From the NCBI GenBank assembly GCA_017443235.1, contig JAFSOV010000016.1, forward strand, positions 9,525 to 73,524: a stretch of 64,000 bases of DNA, read 5' to 3'. The notes under the pieces were generated by a model that had not been told where the DNA came from, did not search any database, and was given only the letters and a program-made list of their open reading frames with translations. Each line of letters opens with the position of its first letter. Position 1 is the first letter of the stretch. Made by a program: the position numbers and the translations under genes. Positions 27,301 to 36,220 of the stretch are shown here, piece by piece. This stretch comes from Alphaproteobacteria bacterium. Its GTDB lineage: Bacteria; Pseudomonadota; Alphaproteobacteria; Rs-D84.

Positions 27301-28614
27301 AATAAACTGCGCAATGAATTGGGACATTATGATGATGATACAATAGAACGCGCTGCGCGCGAGGCTTTGCTGCGTGAAGACCTGAATGCAAAACAGGCGT
27401 TGGTTGCCGCGGGTCCGGGTGCGGGCGCGACCAAGTGGGACGAATTGGATTGGCGCGGTGAAATTGCAAAACTGGACCATAAAATAAATAAAAAGATAGA
27501 ACAATGGGGCGATGACATAGAATCTGGCGCGCGTGCGGATAAATCCAAATTGCGTTTCCCGACACCGGTTCCGGGCGTGCAACGCCAAAAGAAAGATGCA
27601 CGCGGGTATGTGAAATTGCCGACCGAAAATGAATTGCATCCACGCGCGGATGAAATTGTTGTTGAACCACGCAATGAAAAACCGATTCAGGTCAAAGATG
27701 CGGAACCTAAGCCGACACGTGCAGAACGCAGGGCGGCCCGCCGTGAACAAAAAATGGAACAAAAGGCCAAACGGCGCGCGGAACACGAAAGAATTGCCGC
27801 ATCTTTACCGCAAAAGGTCGAACGGTTCAATTTGTTTGGTGCATTAAAGCGCGCATTGGGCAAAGTTTCAAAAAATGACAAGCCTGAACGCGAATACTTT
27901 GTCCCGGAATCGTTGGAACAATTGGTGTATGATGCGAACCTTATCGCGGAACCCATTACAACGATTCGTGGTGTGCCGGTGCGACTGATTGATTTGGGTG
28001 GCAATGACAATCCAATCACACAAAATTACGAGAGGCCGATTGTTGTTGTTGAAATTAAACAAAATGTCGTTCGTGACGGTATGCCCCAGACGGATTTAGT
28101 GCGTGTGCCGTTCTATCTTGCAACCGGGACGGAATATCATTCTTATCGTCCAACCGGACATTGGTATCCGTTGTCCATGCTTCGTTCCGATAAAAGTACC
28201 AGAATTGAACAGGATTACAATGCCCCGGAATTAGAGCATATTGCCAAAGCGTTGGATAAAAAAATTGGCGACGTACGTAACTGGCGTGATAATACGTTGA
28301 CGCAAAAACGCGAATCGGCGGGTCGGGTCGGCTTTGTCGGTGGTGCAGACGCAATGCAACATGTTAACCCAGAATTGGTAAATAAAATTGTCGCAGAATC
28401 TGTGTGTGGTACCAGGTCGCTGTATAATTACAGTCCGGAATACGTTGCGGTTGCACGCGATTGGATGTTGGACGCATTGGCGGACATTGAATCGCCGGAT
28501 TGGGCGGAACGCAAACGCAAGTTTGGCGGTGGTATCAAAAACATTGCCCATCGTGCATTAAATCGTTTTGGGTTTGGACGTGACGATTACGAAGATGACG
28601 AATACGAACATTAA
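24370..28614 (+). CDS. giant hypothetical protein (about 1415 aa), candidate secreted effector
   Basis: GGGGGAG RBS. A central cluster of hydrophobic/TM segments, C-terminal tandem PVIEPVLTDEPKDE repeats, and an acidic tail. Confidence 0.6.
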   Translation: MPENNVRDNNARRTTDDNLIALAKNIARAYREIGILTEREYNVVRRTNNLDAINDIIGDIPNMESEQKLQFCKSFVADDTENFNGATPAILAYAYMATRNENTPMARALAARIDDMSADFANSGGMVLETGTKWPLVDITNIADVYEGFSDALNARIADLDAGADAEKIAQMKSNLAQMETVIADYDRAWGLDKVHDTEALEYGKRWDKLNDALNRAGLFAATKDAVKKYNFTDEHGDVIPQILENGELDQEGRAAAILDLARGDIARRRISTANKKLDANEIEQELNDEFLFKLYETANADKIVKMAQENPEVFTDQQRRNDFVREMMSQGGDISNTAYNAALDSNANAVAGWAPRLKAKLGTAADNVGGLWNKIFNKNHDVDRLNNVRIAPQTIDKRQKRIELFKRVLKGFASGFVASMIITTIATAAAATAGISMAASMAAIGIVTAIGMGVVQVNRWRRRQQDAGLPTDIHAFLADKRLVTSLGVSAIAVVAMCFGAGGMADAAMALGYGALAAGGAKNAIESYRDARDSRMSVAESVAWAIANAGAVVAGGLTGRYTANAAINAYNNANPENTIFQNQETRTIEHTNTTTETRTEYTQDALDNAEKIARMWYRDNPDILQQRVDAINAYNAEHGTSIDPYRAIMINGDAGGQTFDNMRLHVNNSHLDANINDVYSHGHHRVLTDAWGRAHGFTGEELNAAARLFNADGSVNANGMDVVSRLDGVVSETNTVGAVPGRPVQTDGYFKPNDPEGWTTYTDGRPATVENIYDTTETTYENLTDYTRARGDGMAAFGNYNPRERKTTLRDRIGAFWDKINQDKKENPVIEPVLTDEPKDESRDDNPFIPVVSFVNDKDKDKAETPVIEPVLTDEPKDEKVDFDDVFPGPGDVVDTETVYTLDPENTPVIEPVIENVEQPVAPVADDKILAITRSQAKSWHDLHARLEKNQKKLSKSPHGSKADKLHAEESKLQYLINKLRNELGHYDDDTIERAAREALLREDLNAKQALVAAGPGAGATKWDELDWRGEIAKLDHKINKKIEQWGDDIESGARADKSKLRFPTPVPGVQRQKKDARGYVKLPTENELHPRADEIVVEPRNEKPIQVKDAEPKPTRAERRAARREQKMEQKAKRRAEHERIAASLPQKVERFNLFGALKRALGKVSKNDKPEREYFVPESLEQLVYDANLIAEPITTIRGVPVRLIDLGGNDNPITQNYERPIVVVEIKQNVVRDGMPQTDLVRVPFYLATGTEYHSYRPTGHWYPLSMLRSDKSTRIEQDYNAPELEHIAKALDKKIGDVRNWRDNTLTQKRESAGRVGFVGGADAMQHVNPELVNKIVAESVCGTRSLYNYSPEYVAVARDWMLDALADIESPDWAERKRKFGGGIKNIAHRALNRFGFGRDDYEDDEYEH

Positions 28615-28666
28615 AAATCACGGGTACATACCCGTGATTTTTTTAGAATAAAATCTGTTTTATCTT

Positions 28667-29641
28667 ATGAAGATTTGTGATATAATGTCCAGTATGAAAA
28701 GAGGGATTTTAAGTTTTTTGATTGCGTCTGTTGTGCTGAATGCCGCGCCCGCGGTGGCGAATTGGCAATATTCCGGTGAATATACGTATGATATGAATTC
28801 GTACGACAATGGCGGCCGCGCAAGTGTTTCTGTTCGTGGCGGTATGACGTACGCAATGTCAAAAATGCATAATGATGTTGGATCTGTGGTTTATTCATAT
28901 TGTGTGGATCCCGCAACCGGTGAATTATCCGCAACGGAATCTGATGGTTCGTGTGCATCGGGATTGGAATACGCCGGCACGGGCAGTTTGGGCTCGCTAG
29001 GTATGGGCAAATTGGATGAAATCGCGTTCAGTGGCGGGGCCAGTATCGGTTGGATTTTGCCCGAACATCCACAATGGCGTATGGAATTGGGTTGGGACCA
29101 TTTTGCCGAGGTTGATTATAACGAAACCCCGCTGTTTCATGGTGATATGAAGGTAAGCAATGGTTCGGTCGATCGTGGGTTTGCCGCCGGGTCTGTGCAA
29201 TCGACCATGTCCACAGATTTGATAAGTGTGATGGCGTTCTATGATTTCTTTGATGGGTATGTCAAACCGTTGCGAACGATGATTCCGTACGTTGGAATCG
29301 GGTTTGGTTATGCCGATACAAAAACCGTTATGAATTTTGCCGATTTGTATGGAAACCTGTCGGATTTTGAAGATTTGACCAACTTTGGCGAATTGGATGG
29401 TGGCGTTATTCATTTCTATAAATCAACAACCAATACGTCAAATATCGCAGGTGTTGCGGCGTTGGGATTTTCATATGGACTGATTGATAATTTGTTCTTG
29501 GATTTTGGCGCGCGCGTTTCTTATATTCCGCGGGTTAAATACCGTCTGGTCAATTCAGACGACAGTCGCCATATGGATTGGTTCAGCGCCAAAAATCTAA
29601 TCTATGCCAATGTTATGATTGGTGTGCGTTTGGAATTCTAA
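28667..29641 (+). CDS. outer-membrane beta-barrel protein
   Basis: A signal peptide, alternating amphipathic strands, and a C-terminal ...GVRLEF aromatic terminus. Confidence 0.5.
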   Translation: MKICDIMSSMKRGILSFLIASVVLNAAPAVANWQYSGEYTYDMNSYDNGGRASVSVRGGMTYAMSKMHNDVGSVVYSYCVDPATGELSATESDGSCASGLEYAGTGSLGSLGMGKLDEIAFSGGASIGWILPEHPQWRMELGWDHFAEVDYNETPLFHGDMKVSNGSVDRGFAAGSVQSTMSTDLISVMAFYDFFDGYVKPLRTMIPYVGIGFGYADTKTVMNFADLYGNLSDFEDLTNFGELDGGVIHFYKSTTNTSNIAGVAALGFSYGLIDNLFLDFGARVSYIPRVKYRLVNSDDSRHMDWFSAKNLIYANVMIGVRLEF

Positions 29642-29647
29642 TCGTTT

Positions 29648-31177
29648 TTATTTTACGCCGTATTTGCCACGATTGATGGGACGGTATGATAATGCTTCGG
29701 CCAAATCGGGCATTTCGATATTGGGCGCCCCGCGCAGGTCGGCAATCGTGCGCGCAATGCGTTTGATGCGGTTATACCCACGTGCAGACATCCCCATCTT
29801 TTCCGCCGCGGTATTAAGAAAGTTTGTCATTTCGTTAGAAAGCGCGGCGTATTTTTCCAAATCTGCCCCGTCCAGGCGTGCGTTCACATAACCTTGACGT
29901 GAAATCTGGGCGGCGCGTGCACGCGCGACACGTTCGCGTATTGTTGCACTGGATTCCGCCGGTGTGGAATCACCCGTTTTCATTTCCCATGGATTTACCG
30001 CATCAACATCAACGTGCAAATCAATTCTGTCCAACAACGGCCCGGAAATCTTGTTTTGATACGCCTCGGCACAACGGGGCGCGCGGGAACAAGACAATGC
30101 GGCATTGCCCAAATGCCCGCACGGACATGGATTCATTGCTGCAATCAATTGAAATTGGGCCGGGTATGTGGCATTGCGGCGCGCACGTGAAATCATAATC
30201 TTGCCAGATTCCATTGGTTGCCGCAGTATTTCCAACGTCGCGCGATTAAATTCCGGCAATTCGTCCAAAAACAAAACGCCATTGTGTGCCAAAGATATTT
30301 CGCCCGGTCGCGCATCGGACCCGCCACCCGCCAATGCGACGGGACTTGCCGTGTGATGGACACTGCGGAACGGACGATGCGACATCAATGTCTTGCTGTC
30401 CAATCCGCCGGCAATAGAATAAATAATCGATGTTTCCAACATTTCGTCTGCGGTCGGCTTTGGCATAATTGTCGCCAATCGCGATGCCAACATTGTTTTG
30501 CCCGACCCCGGGGGGCCAACCATCAACATTGCGTGTCCGCCCGCCGCGGCGATTTCCAATGCGCGTTTGGCGGCCGCCTGGCCATGAACTTCGGCCATAT
30601 CAATGTTGGTTTCGTTTGATTCGTTTATCTGGGGCATATCGGGCGCGCAAAGTGGGCATTTGCCATTAAAATGATTTATCAATTCCAACACATGATGCGG
30701 CGCCAAAATATTCTCGTGTCCGGCCAGGCGTGCTTCGCCGCCCTGGTCGCCGGGACATATAATTCCAAATTTATTCTTGCCGGCCCAAACACTGGCCGCC
30801 AAGACGGCGTTTGTTTTAACGATTGCGCCGTTAAGGCCGACTTCGCCGATAATGATGTATTTAGACAATTCGTTTTGGGGCAATATATCAAACGCGCACA
30901 GAATTCCGCACAATATGGGTAAATCAAAATGTGCGCCACTTTTTTCCACGTCCGCCGGCGACAGGTTCACCGTCAAACGTTTGGGCGGCAATTGCAACCC
31001 CAACGCAGAAAGAACGTTCACAATGCGTTCCGCGGATTCTTTGACCGCCCGATCGGCCAGACCGATAATCTTAAAATCTTGTTTCCCCAGGCCGGCGGAA
31101 ATCTGCACCTGGACATCGATTTTTGTCGCGTCCATTCCGTTAAAGATAATAGAATTCAAAGAAATCATGATTTTCAC
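29648..31177 (-). CDS. comM: YifB/ComM-family Mg-chelatase-like AAA+ ATPase
   Basis: Walker A GPPGSGKT, Walker B VLFLDELPEF, and a C-terminal ChlI-like domain. Confidence 0.85.
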   Translation of the reverse strand: MKIMISLNSIIFNGMDATKIDVQVQISAGLGKQDFKIIGLADRAVKESAERIVNVLSALGLQLPPKRLTVNLSPADVEKSGAHFDLPILCGILCAFDILPQNELSKYIIIGEVGLNGAIVKTNAVLAASVWAGKNKFGIICPGDQGGEARLAGHENILAPHHVLELINHFNGKCPLCAPDMPQINESNETNIDMAEVHGQAAAKRALEIAAAGGHAMLMVGPPGSGKTMLASRLATIMPKPTADEMLETSIIYSIAGGLDSKTLMSHRPFRSVHHTASPVALAGGGSDARPGEISLAHNGVLFLDELPEFNRATLEILRQPMESGKIMISRARRNATYPAQFQLIAAMNPCPCGHLGNAALSCSRAPRCAEAYQNKISGPLLDRIDLHVDVDAVNPWEMKTGDSTPAESSATIRERVARARAAQISRQGYVNARLDGADLEKYAALSNEMTNFLNTAAEKMGMSARGYNRIKRIARTIADLRGAPNIEMPDLAEALSYRPINRGKYGVK

Positions 31178-31251
31178 ATTATAGACTTGCCATAATTGAA
31201 TTCAAGTTCTAAAATGCGAAACGTAAAATTTTTGAAAAGAAAGGAAAGATT

Positions 31252-32130
31252 ATGCCAACTAAACCTAAAAATCGTGCACGTGAATGGTTTGATACACTGT
31301 TTTACGGTATTCTTATTGCCGTTGTATTTCGCAGTTTGTTTTTGGAACCGTTTAATATTCCATCGGGTTCAATGATACCGTCTTTGCACATTGGGGACCA
31401 TATTTTTGTGACCAAATGGTCGTATGGATATTCGCGTTATTCTTTCCCGTTTGGTTCGTGGCGGCTTTGGAATGGCCGCGTATTCAAGAAAATGCCCAAG
31501 GTTGGCGATGTTATTGTCTTTCGTAATCCAAAAAATGAATCTGTGGATTTTGTAAAAAGATTGGTTGGATTGCCGGGTGACCGCGTTCAGGTCAAAAATG
31601 GCCGCCTGCACATAAATGGGCAAATTTTGGAACGCAAAAATCCGCGGCCGTATATCGTTGCGGTTTTGCCACGTTCTTTGCGCCGTGTTGGATATTTCCG
31701 CGATAATATGACGGTGCGTGGCAACAAGATTTTGGTTGATAATAAACCGGTGGATTTTAATTACACCATTGAATACAAAGATGACCGGGTATGTCGTGCA
31801 AATGAACGTTTGTGCGGTGTTTTCCCCGCCACCGAATATACCGAGGTTTTACCAAACGGTGTCGAACACAGTATCATAGAATTTTCGGACAGCGAGTATA
31901 TGGATAACACCGCAGAATACACCGTTCCAGAAAATCATTTGTTCTTTATGGGCGATAACCGCGATAACAGCAATGACAGTCGCGCCGATGTTGGCTTTGT
32001 ACCAATGGAAAACGTGTTGGGACGCGTGTGGTTTATTTGGTATTCGCACAATTATGCGTCACCAATGATTGCATTTTGGAATTGGGATGCTAAGATGCGT
32101 TTTGACCGGTTCGGCCAAGGTGTACATTAA
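31252..32130 (+). CDS. lepB: signal peptidase I
   Basis: IPSGSMIPSL catalytic Ser box and a GDNRDNSNDSR box. Confidence 0.85.
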   Translation: MPTKPKNRAREWFDTLFYGILIAVVFRSLFLEPFNIPSGSMIPSLHIGDHIFVTKWSYGYSRYSFPFGSWRLWNGRVFKKMPKVGDVIVFRNPKNESVDFVKRLVGLPGDRVQVKNGRLHINGQILERKNPRPYIVAVLPRSLRRVGYFRDNMTVRGNKILVDNKPVDFNYTIEYKDDRVCRANERLCGVFPATEYTEVLPNGVEHSIIEFSDSEYMDNTAEYTVPENHLFFMGDNRDNSNDSRADVGFVPMENVLGRVWFIWYSHNYASPMIAFWNWDAKMRFDRFGQGVH

Positions 32131-32141
32131 AAGGACAAAAA

Positions 32142-32774
32142 ATGAAGTTAAAATATAAATTCAAAGATGATGCATTACTGGATTTGGCAATGACCCAAAG
32201 TGGTGCAAATATCGGTCATAATAACGAAAAATTGGAATTTGTTGGCGACCGCGTGTTGGGCCTTTCGGTGGCGACATTGCTGTATAAAATGTTCCCAACG
32301 GAAACCGAAGGTGAATTGGCGCGTCGCTTTGCGGTTTTGGTTTCGACCGATACATTGGCGGCCGTCGCGATGAAGATGGAATTGGATAAATCTTTGCGCC
32401 ACGGTCATTTCACGGGCGGCCGCAAACGTCACCTGATTGCGAATGCGATGGAGGCGGTCCTTGGCGCCATGTATTTCGACAGTGGCTTTGAAGAAACATC
32501 CAAATTTATCGCGGAAATTTGGCGCCCATTGGCCGCGGCCGAGGCCGAAGCCCCCAAAGATTCAAAAACTAAATTGCAAGAATATGTGCAAAAACACGAC
32601 AATGGCGCATTGCCGGTATACGAATTTCTGGATGTCACTGGTCCGGCGCACAGCCCGATTTTCACCGCAAATGTGACGGCAATGGGGCAAAGTGCGACCG
32701 GTTCAGGCACATCAAAAAAGGCGGCCAGTATCGCGGCCGCGGCGGGATTGTTCAAAAAACTTGCAATTTCGTAA
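32142..32774 (+). CDS. rnc: ribonuclease III
   Basis: EKLEFVGDRVLGL signature plus a C-terminal dsRBD. It is adjacent to lepB. Confidence 0.85.
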   Translation: MKLKYKFKDDALLDLAMTQSGANIGHNNEKLEFVGDRVLGLSVATLLYKMFPTETEGELARRFAVLVSTDTLAAVAMKMELDKSLRHGHFTGGRKRHLIANAMEAVLGAMYFDSGFEETSKFIAEIWRPLAAAEAEAPKDSKTKLQEYVQKHDNGALPVYEFLDVTGPAHSPIFTANVTAMGQSATGSGTSKKAASIAAAAGLFKKLAIS

Positions 32775-32816
32775 TTTGGTAATTACAATCGAACGGACAT
32801 AAACAAAGGAATAAAG

Positions 32817-33176
32817 ATGTTTTCAATTTTATTGGTTTTATTGATTATTGTGGCTGTATTTATGACGGGTATTATCCTGTTGCAAAAATCTGAGGGCAGT
32901 GGTATGTCCGGTTCGGCCGCGGCGTCTATGTTTGGCGGGGCGTTGACCGGTGCGGCGGCGGGAAATTTCCTGACGAAACTGACCACTTGGTTGGCGGTTT
33001 TGTTCTTTGTTTTGTGCGCGGCGTTGGCGATTGTTTCGGCCAAATCCGGAATCGGTGATGTGCAAAGCGGTCTGCGTGAAGAATTGGCGGCGGATGAATT
33101 GGCGGGTGAACCGACACCGGCACCGCAATCAAACGTTCCGGCCACGCCGGCCGAACCTGTATCGGTTGATAAATAA
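32817..33176 (+). CDS. secG: preprotein translocase subunit SecG
   Basis: Two TM helices, an LLQKSEGSGM motif, and a Pro/Ala-rich tail. Confidence 0.7.
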   Translation: MFSILLVLLIIVAVFMTGIILLQKSEGSGMSGSAAASMFGGALTGAAAGNFLTKLTTWLAVLFFVLCAALAIVSAKSGIGDVQSGLREELAADELAGEPTPAPQSNVPATPAEPVSVDK

Positions 33177-33191
33177 CAATTTTACGGTTAA

Positions 33192-33217
33192 AAAAACGCC
33201 CAATCGGGCGTTTTTTT
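33192..33217. terminator. bidirectional terminator aaaaaacgcccaatcgggcgttttttt
   Basis: A perfect hairpin flanked by an A-run and a T-run, between convergent genes. Confidence 0.65.
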
Positions 33218-34382
33218 ATATCGAGACACGACCCTGTTCCATATTGTTTTTAAGTTTTTGTATCTGTTCCAATATATCTTTGCGAATATTTACCACACCA
33301 CCGTTTGCACGTGTTTCGGCATCCATAATAAATGTGTTAACGGTCGCGCGCAGTGTATTGTTCTTGGATTTTTCGGTGTCCAATCTGCTTTCTAATTTTG
33401 CAATTTTATCTTCTAATTCACGAATCTGGCGCAATTGTTCATCATATGCGCTGCGCATTTCGCGTTGCGATTTTTCTGCCGCGCCTAAATCGCGTTCCAT
33501 TTTTTCATATTGTTGTTCCATTTTCGCCAACCTCAAAGATGCCGCATCTTCAAATTGCTGGGTATAGTTTCTAAATTCAAGGTTTAAGATTTTTTCCATA
33601 GAATATTTTTGTTTTAACGCCCGTTCAACTTCAAACAATTGTTCTACGTCTTGGGCGGTTATGCCGGAACCCGGGCGCGCAGACAAATTCCGGGCAATGT
33701 CACACATTATGTGCGCGATTTCCGGCAAAGTTGCTGCCCCAGATTTTTGTATGTTTTCGATATTTGGAAAATCTTTTGACATTTCGGCATCAATTGCTGA
33801 ATCGACGCGCACCATTTGGTCATTTAGCATTTTCATCAATTCCGTTGGGGCATCTTGATAGTATTTTGATTGTTTGTTATCGCCAATGATACGTGCAAAT
33901 GTGTACACGTCAACCGGTTTTGCCGCGGGATTTGTCGCAATCATATAATTTATATCTGTTCTAAGCGAACTATCGCCTTGCATTTGTGATTCAATGCATT
34001 TAAGTAACCGCAAAGCAAATGTCGGATTTTTTATCTTGCCATTCTGGCACAGCATCATAATATTTTGGCAATAATTTTTTAAGTTCTGGCGGCCATAACT
34101 ATCTGCATACCAAACGGTAATGGTTTTGACCATATTCAAGAAATCGACCGCCGCCGGCGAATTATCATTCCGTGCATCCCAATATTGTTTAAATAATTTT
34201 CTACTGTTGGGGCCCATGCTCTGGGCAATGTGCGAAATTTGTTGTTGCAAATTCTGGACGTTCAAATCGTCTTTCACCATATTTGGGAAATAACCGACAT
34301 GGTCTTCACGATTATCTTGGGCCGTAAAGAATGTTTGCAAAAATTCGTTCAGGTCCATATATTTTGCTTGTTCGTTTGGCAT
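33216..34382 (-). CDS. hypothetical protein with C-terminal coiled coil (effector-like)
   Basis: A 388-aa protein with no recognised domain and a long C-terminal heptad region. Confidence 0.5.
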   Translation of the reverse strand: MPNEQAKYMDLNEFLQTFFTAQDNREDHVGYFPNMVKDDLNVQNLQQQISHIAQSMGPNSRKLFKQYWDARNDNSPAAVDFLNMVKTITVWYADSYGRQNLKNYCQNIMMLCQNGKIKNPTFALRLLKCIESQMQGDSSLRTDINYMIATNPAAKPVDVYTFARIIGDNKQSKYYQDAPTELMKMLNDQMVRVDSAIDAEMSKDFPNIENIQKSGAATLPEIAHIMCDIARNLSARPGSGITAQDVEQLFEVERALKQKYSMEKILNLEFRNYTQQFEDAASLRLAKMEQQYEKMERDLGAAEKSQREMRSAYDEQLRQIRELEDKIAKLESRLDTEKSKNNTLRATVNTFIMDAETRANGGVVNIRKDILEQIQKLKNNMEQGRVSI

Positions 34383-34403
34383 TAAACCCTCCTGTTTATC
34401 TAA

Positions 34404-34769
34404 TTATTTCACTTTTCTACCAAACATACGCGCGAACAGTCCGGCCTTCTTGGGCAATTTAACCCATTCGCCTTTGTCGTTCCTGAAATAATGATTATCA
34501 CGATACCCATAACAGTTATTTTTTATCGTGTGCAATGCCCTGAAATTTTTAGAATACACATCGTTAAAAGTTGCTTCTTTGCCATTCGCGTTCACATAGA
34601 TTTTATTTTTATCAAATACAATTTTGAAATCGCCTGCATTAGATTTTCCCATGATTGTTTCCAATTGGTTTTGCCCGACCGGTTGAATGTCAACATCAAA
34701 ATTGCGTCCTTCCATAACAGACCGAACGGTTGCGACAATAAATTTTTCAAATTTTTCTTGTGCGTTCAT
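34404..34769 (-). CDS. hypothetical protein (121 aa)
   Basis: A clean ORF with an RBS. No family assigned. Confidence 0.4.
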   Translation of the reverse strand: MNAQEKFEKFIVATVRSVMEGRNFDVDIQPVGQNQLETIMGKSNAGDFKIVFDKNKIYVNANGKEATFNDVYSKNFRALHTIKNNCYGYRDNHYFRNDKGEWVKLPKKAGLFARMFGRKVK

Positions 34770-35191
34770 TTTGTATGACTCCTTTTTTTCAACGATATTG
34801 TATCACAAAGTGGCAAAAAGTTCAATTAAAATGGCGTATGTGCATTTTTTCTGGCGCACCCAAACATTGCCTTGATAAACAATAAATAAAATCAAAAAAA
34901 TCTCCATCTGTCGATTTTTTAAGATTTTCTTAATTGTTCATCTGCGTATTGTGTGCTGCGCCGATACCGGGCTCGCACACATCCTTCTGGGTGCGCGTGC
35001 AACAGAAATTAAAAACCGACCACAAATGGTCGGTTTTGAATTTCTGGCGCGCCCTAGTGGACGATTTCCGAATTTTACATTATGAAAAACTGCGGAATTT
35101 GGCGGTAAATTGGAATTGGGCGTTGCCAATGGCGGCATAGTTTGTCTATACAAGTATTAAAAAAATCGTTATAAAAAATATTATATTTTTC

Positions 35192-35220
35192 TTGACAAAG
35201 TGTATACAATCGTATACAAT
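35192..35220 (+). promoter_or_regulatory. sigma70 promoter with direct-repeat operator (GTATACAAT x2) for the TA operon
   Basis: TTGACA, a 17-nt spacer, then TACAAT. The spacer and the -10 contain tgtatacaatcgtatacaat. Confidence 0.5.
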
Positions 35221-35244
35221 ACAAACATATAAAGAAGGTAAACT

Positions 35245-35529
35245 ATGATATTGCAACAACATGAAGTGTTCAGTAAATGGTTAAAGAAACAAACTGTTGA
35301 TGTTCGAACAGCGGTTTTTATGAGATTGACCCGTGTTGCAGAAGGTAATATCGGTGATAGTAAATCTGTTGGTGATGGTGTCTTTGAGTTAAGGATATTT
35401 CATCGTCCTGGATACAGAATTTATTATGTAACACGCGGTGAAGAAATAATCATACTTTTATGTGCTGGTGATAAATCATCACAAAAAAGTGATATAGCAA
35501 AAGCAAAACAATTAGCAAAGGAGGTATAG
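35245..35529 (+). CDS. addiction-module killer protein (HigB/RelE-ParE superfamily toxin)
   Basis: A 94-aa protein. VFELRIFHRPGYRIYYVTRGEEIIILLCAGDKSSQKSDIAKAKQLAK is typical of the TIGR02683-type toxin. It lies upstream of an HTH antitoxin and overlaps it by spacing. Confidence 0.65.
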   Translation: MILQQHEVFSKWLKKQTVDVRTAVFMRLTRVAEGNIGDSKSVGDGVFELRIFHRPGYRIYYVTRGEEIIILLCAGDKSSQKSDIAKAKQLAKEV

Positions 35530-35531
35530 AT

Positions 35532-35843
35532 ATGGCAAAAGCAAATGTAACTAATTTTGATGTTGCTGAATATTTGGACAGCGAAGAAGCGATCGCAGCA
35601 TATCTTTCTGCCGAATTAGCCGAAGGTGACCCAAAGTATATTAAAATTGCATTGGCAAACATTGCGCGTGCGCGCAACATGTCTGCTTTGGCAAAAAAAG
35701 CGGGGTTGAGTCGTGCCGGGCTGTATCGGGCATTGGAACCAGATAGTCGTGCTGAATATGCAACAATTCAGAAAATAATGAATGCGTTAGATGTTCAATT
35801 GGTTGTTAAACCGCGTTCAAATCCTATGCGCTTAGCGGCGTAA
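35532..35843 (+). CDS. addiction-module antidote protein (HigA-family HTH antitoxin)
   Basis: A 103-aa protein. The AEYLDSEEAIAAYL...IARARNMSALAKKAGLSRAGLYRAL HTH matches TIGR02684-like antitoxins. Confidence 0.65.
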   Translation: MAKANVTNFDVAEYLDSEEAIAAYLSAELAEGDPKYIKIALANIARARNMSALAKKAGLSRAGLYRALEPDSRAEYATIQKIMNALDVQLVVKPRSNPMRLAA

Positions 35844-35873
35844 TTTGTCTATACAACGTCAAACTTCCGAACT

Positions 35874-35900
35874 AAAAAGCCCCGGATTTTCGGGGCTTTT
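35874..35900. terminator. bidirectional terminator aaaaagccccggattttcggggctttt
   Basis: A perfect GC hairpin flanked by A-runs and T-runs, between higA and tRNA-Arg. Confidence 0.6.
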
Positions 35901-35918
35901 ATGTGTTCTAAAAATAGA

Positions 35919-35995
35919 TGGCGCACCCAGAAGGATTCGAACCCTCAGTCTTCTGATCCGTAGTCAGACGCTTTATCCAGTTGAGCTATGGGTGC
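35919..35995 (-). tRNA. tRNA-Arg (anticodon ACG)
   Basis: The reverse complement folds as a cloverleaf with acceptor GCACCCA/TGGGTGC, anticodon loop CTACGGA, T-arm GGTTCGAATCC, and CCA. Confidence 0.85.
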
Positions 35996-36103
35996 AACGC
36001 ACATTATTTTATATCAAAATATTACGATTGCAAGAAAAAATTTATTTTCTGGCTTTTTCATCATTGTTCGGGATAACCAGCCTGTGAATTTGGTCAAATT
36101 TTT

Positions 36104-36220
36104 TTATGCGAACTGGTCAAAAAAAACGAACGTTTTTGTCCAGTGTTTTTTTAGAAAAAATTATTCAGTAAAATCAACAAATCTAAAACCCGCAAAATGG
36201 GGGGACAAAAACGTTCGTTT
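36104..36220. repeat. palindrome-flanked non-coding repeat element, copy 2 (next to tRNA-Arg)
   Basis: CTGGTCAAAAAAAACGAACGTTTTTGTCCAG, then TTTTTTTAGAAAAAATTATTCAGTAAAATCAA, then GGGACAAAAACGTTCGTTTTTTGT. The architecture matches 23211-23322. Confidence 0.6.

Noticed and set aside
34800-35060. Candidate RNase P, SRP or tmRNA gene in the long AT-rich gap (CCGGGCTC and GTGCAACAGA motifs)
   Set aside because: The matches are limited to short motifs. The region is too short and too AT-rich, and it lacks the P4 or domain IV consensus or a tRNA-like 3' end.
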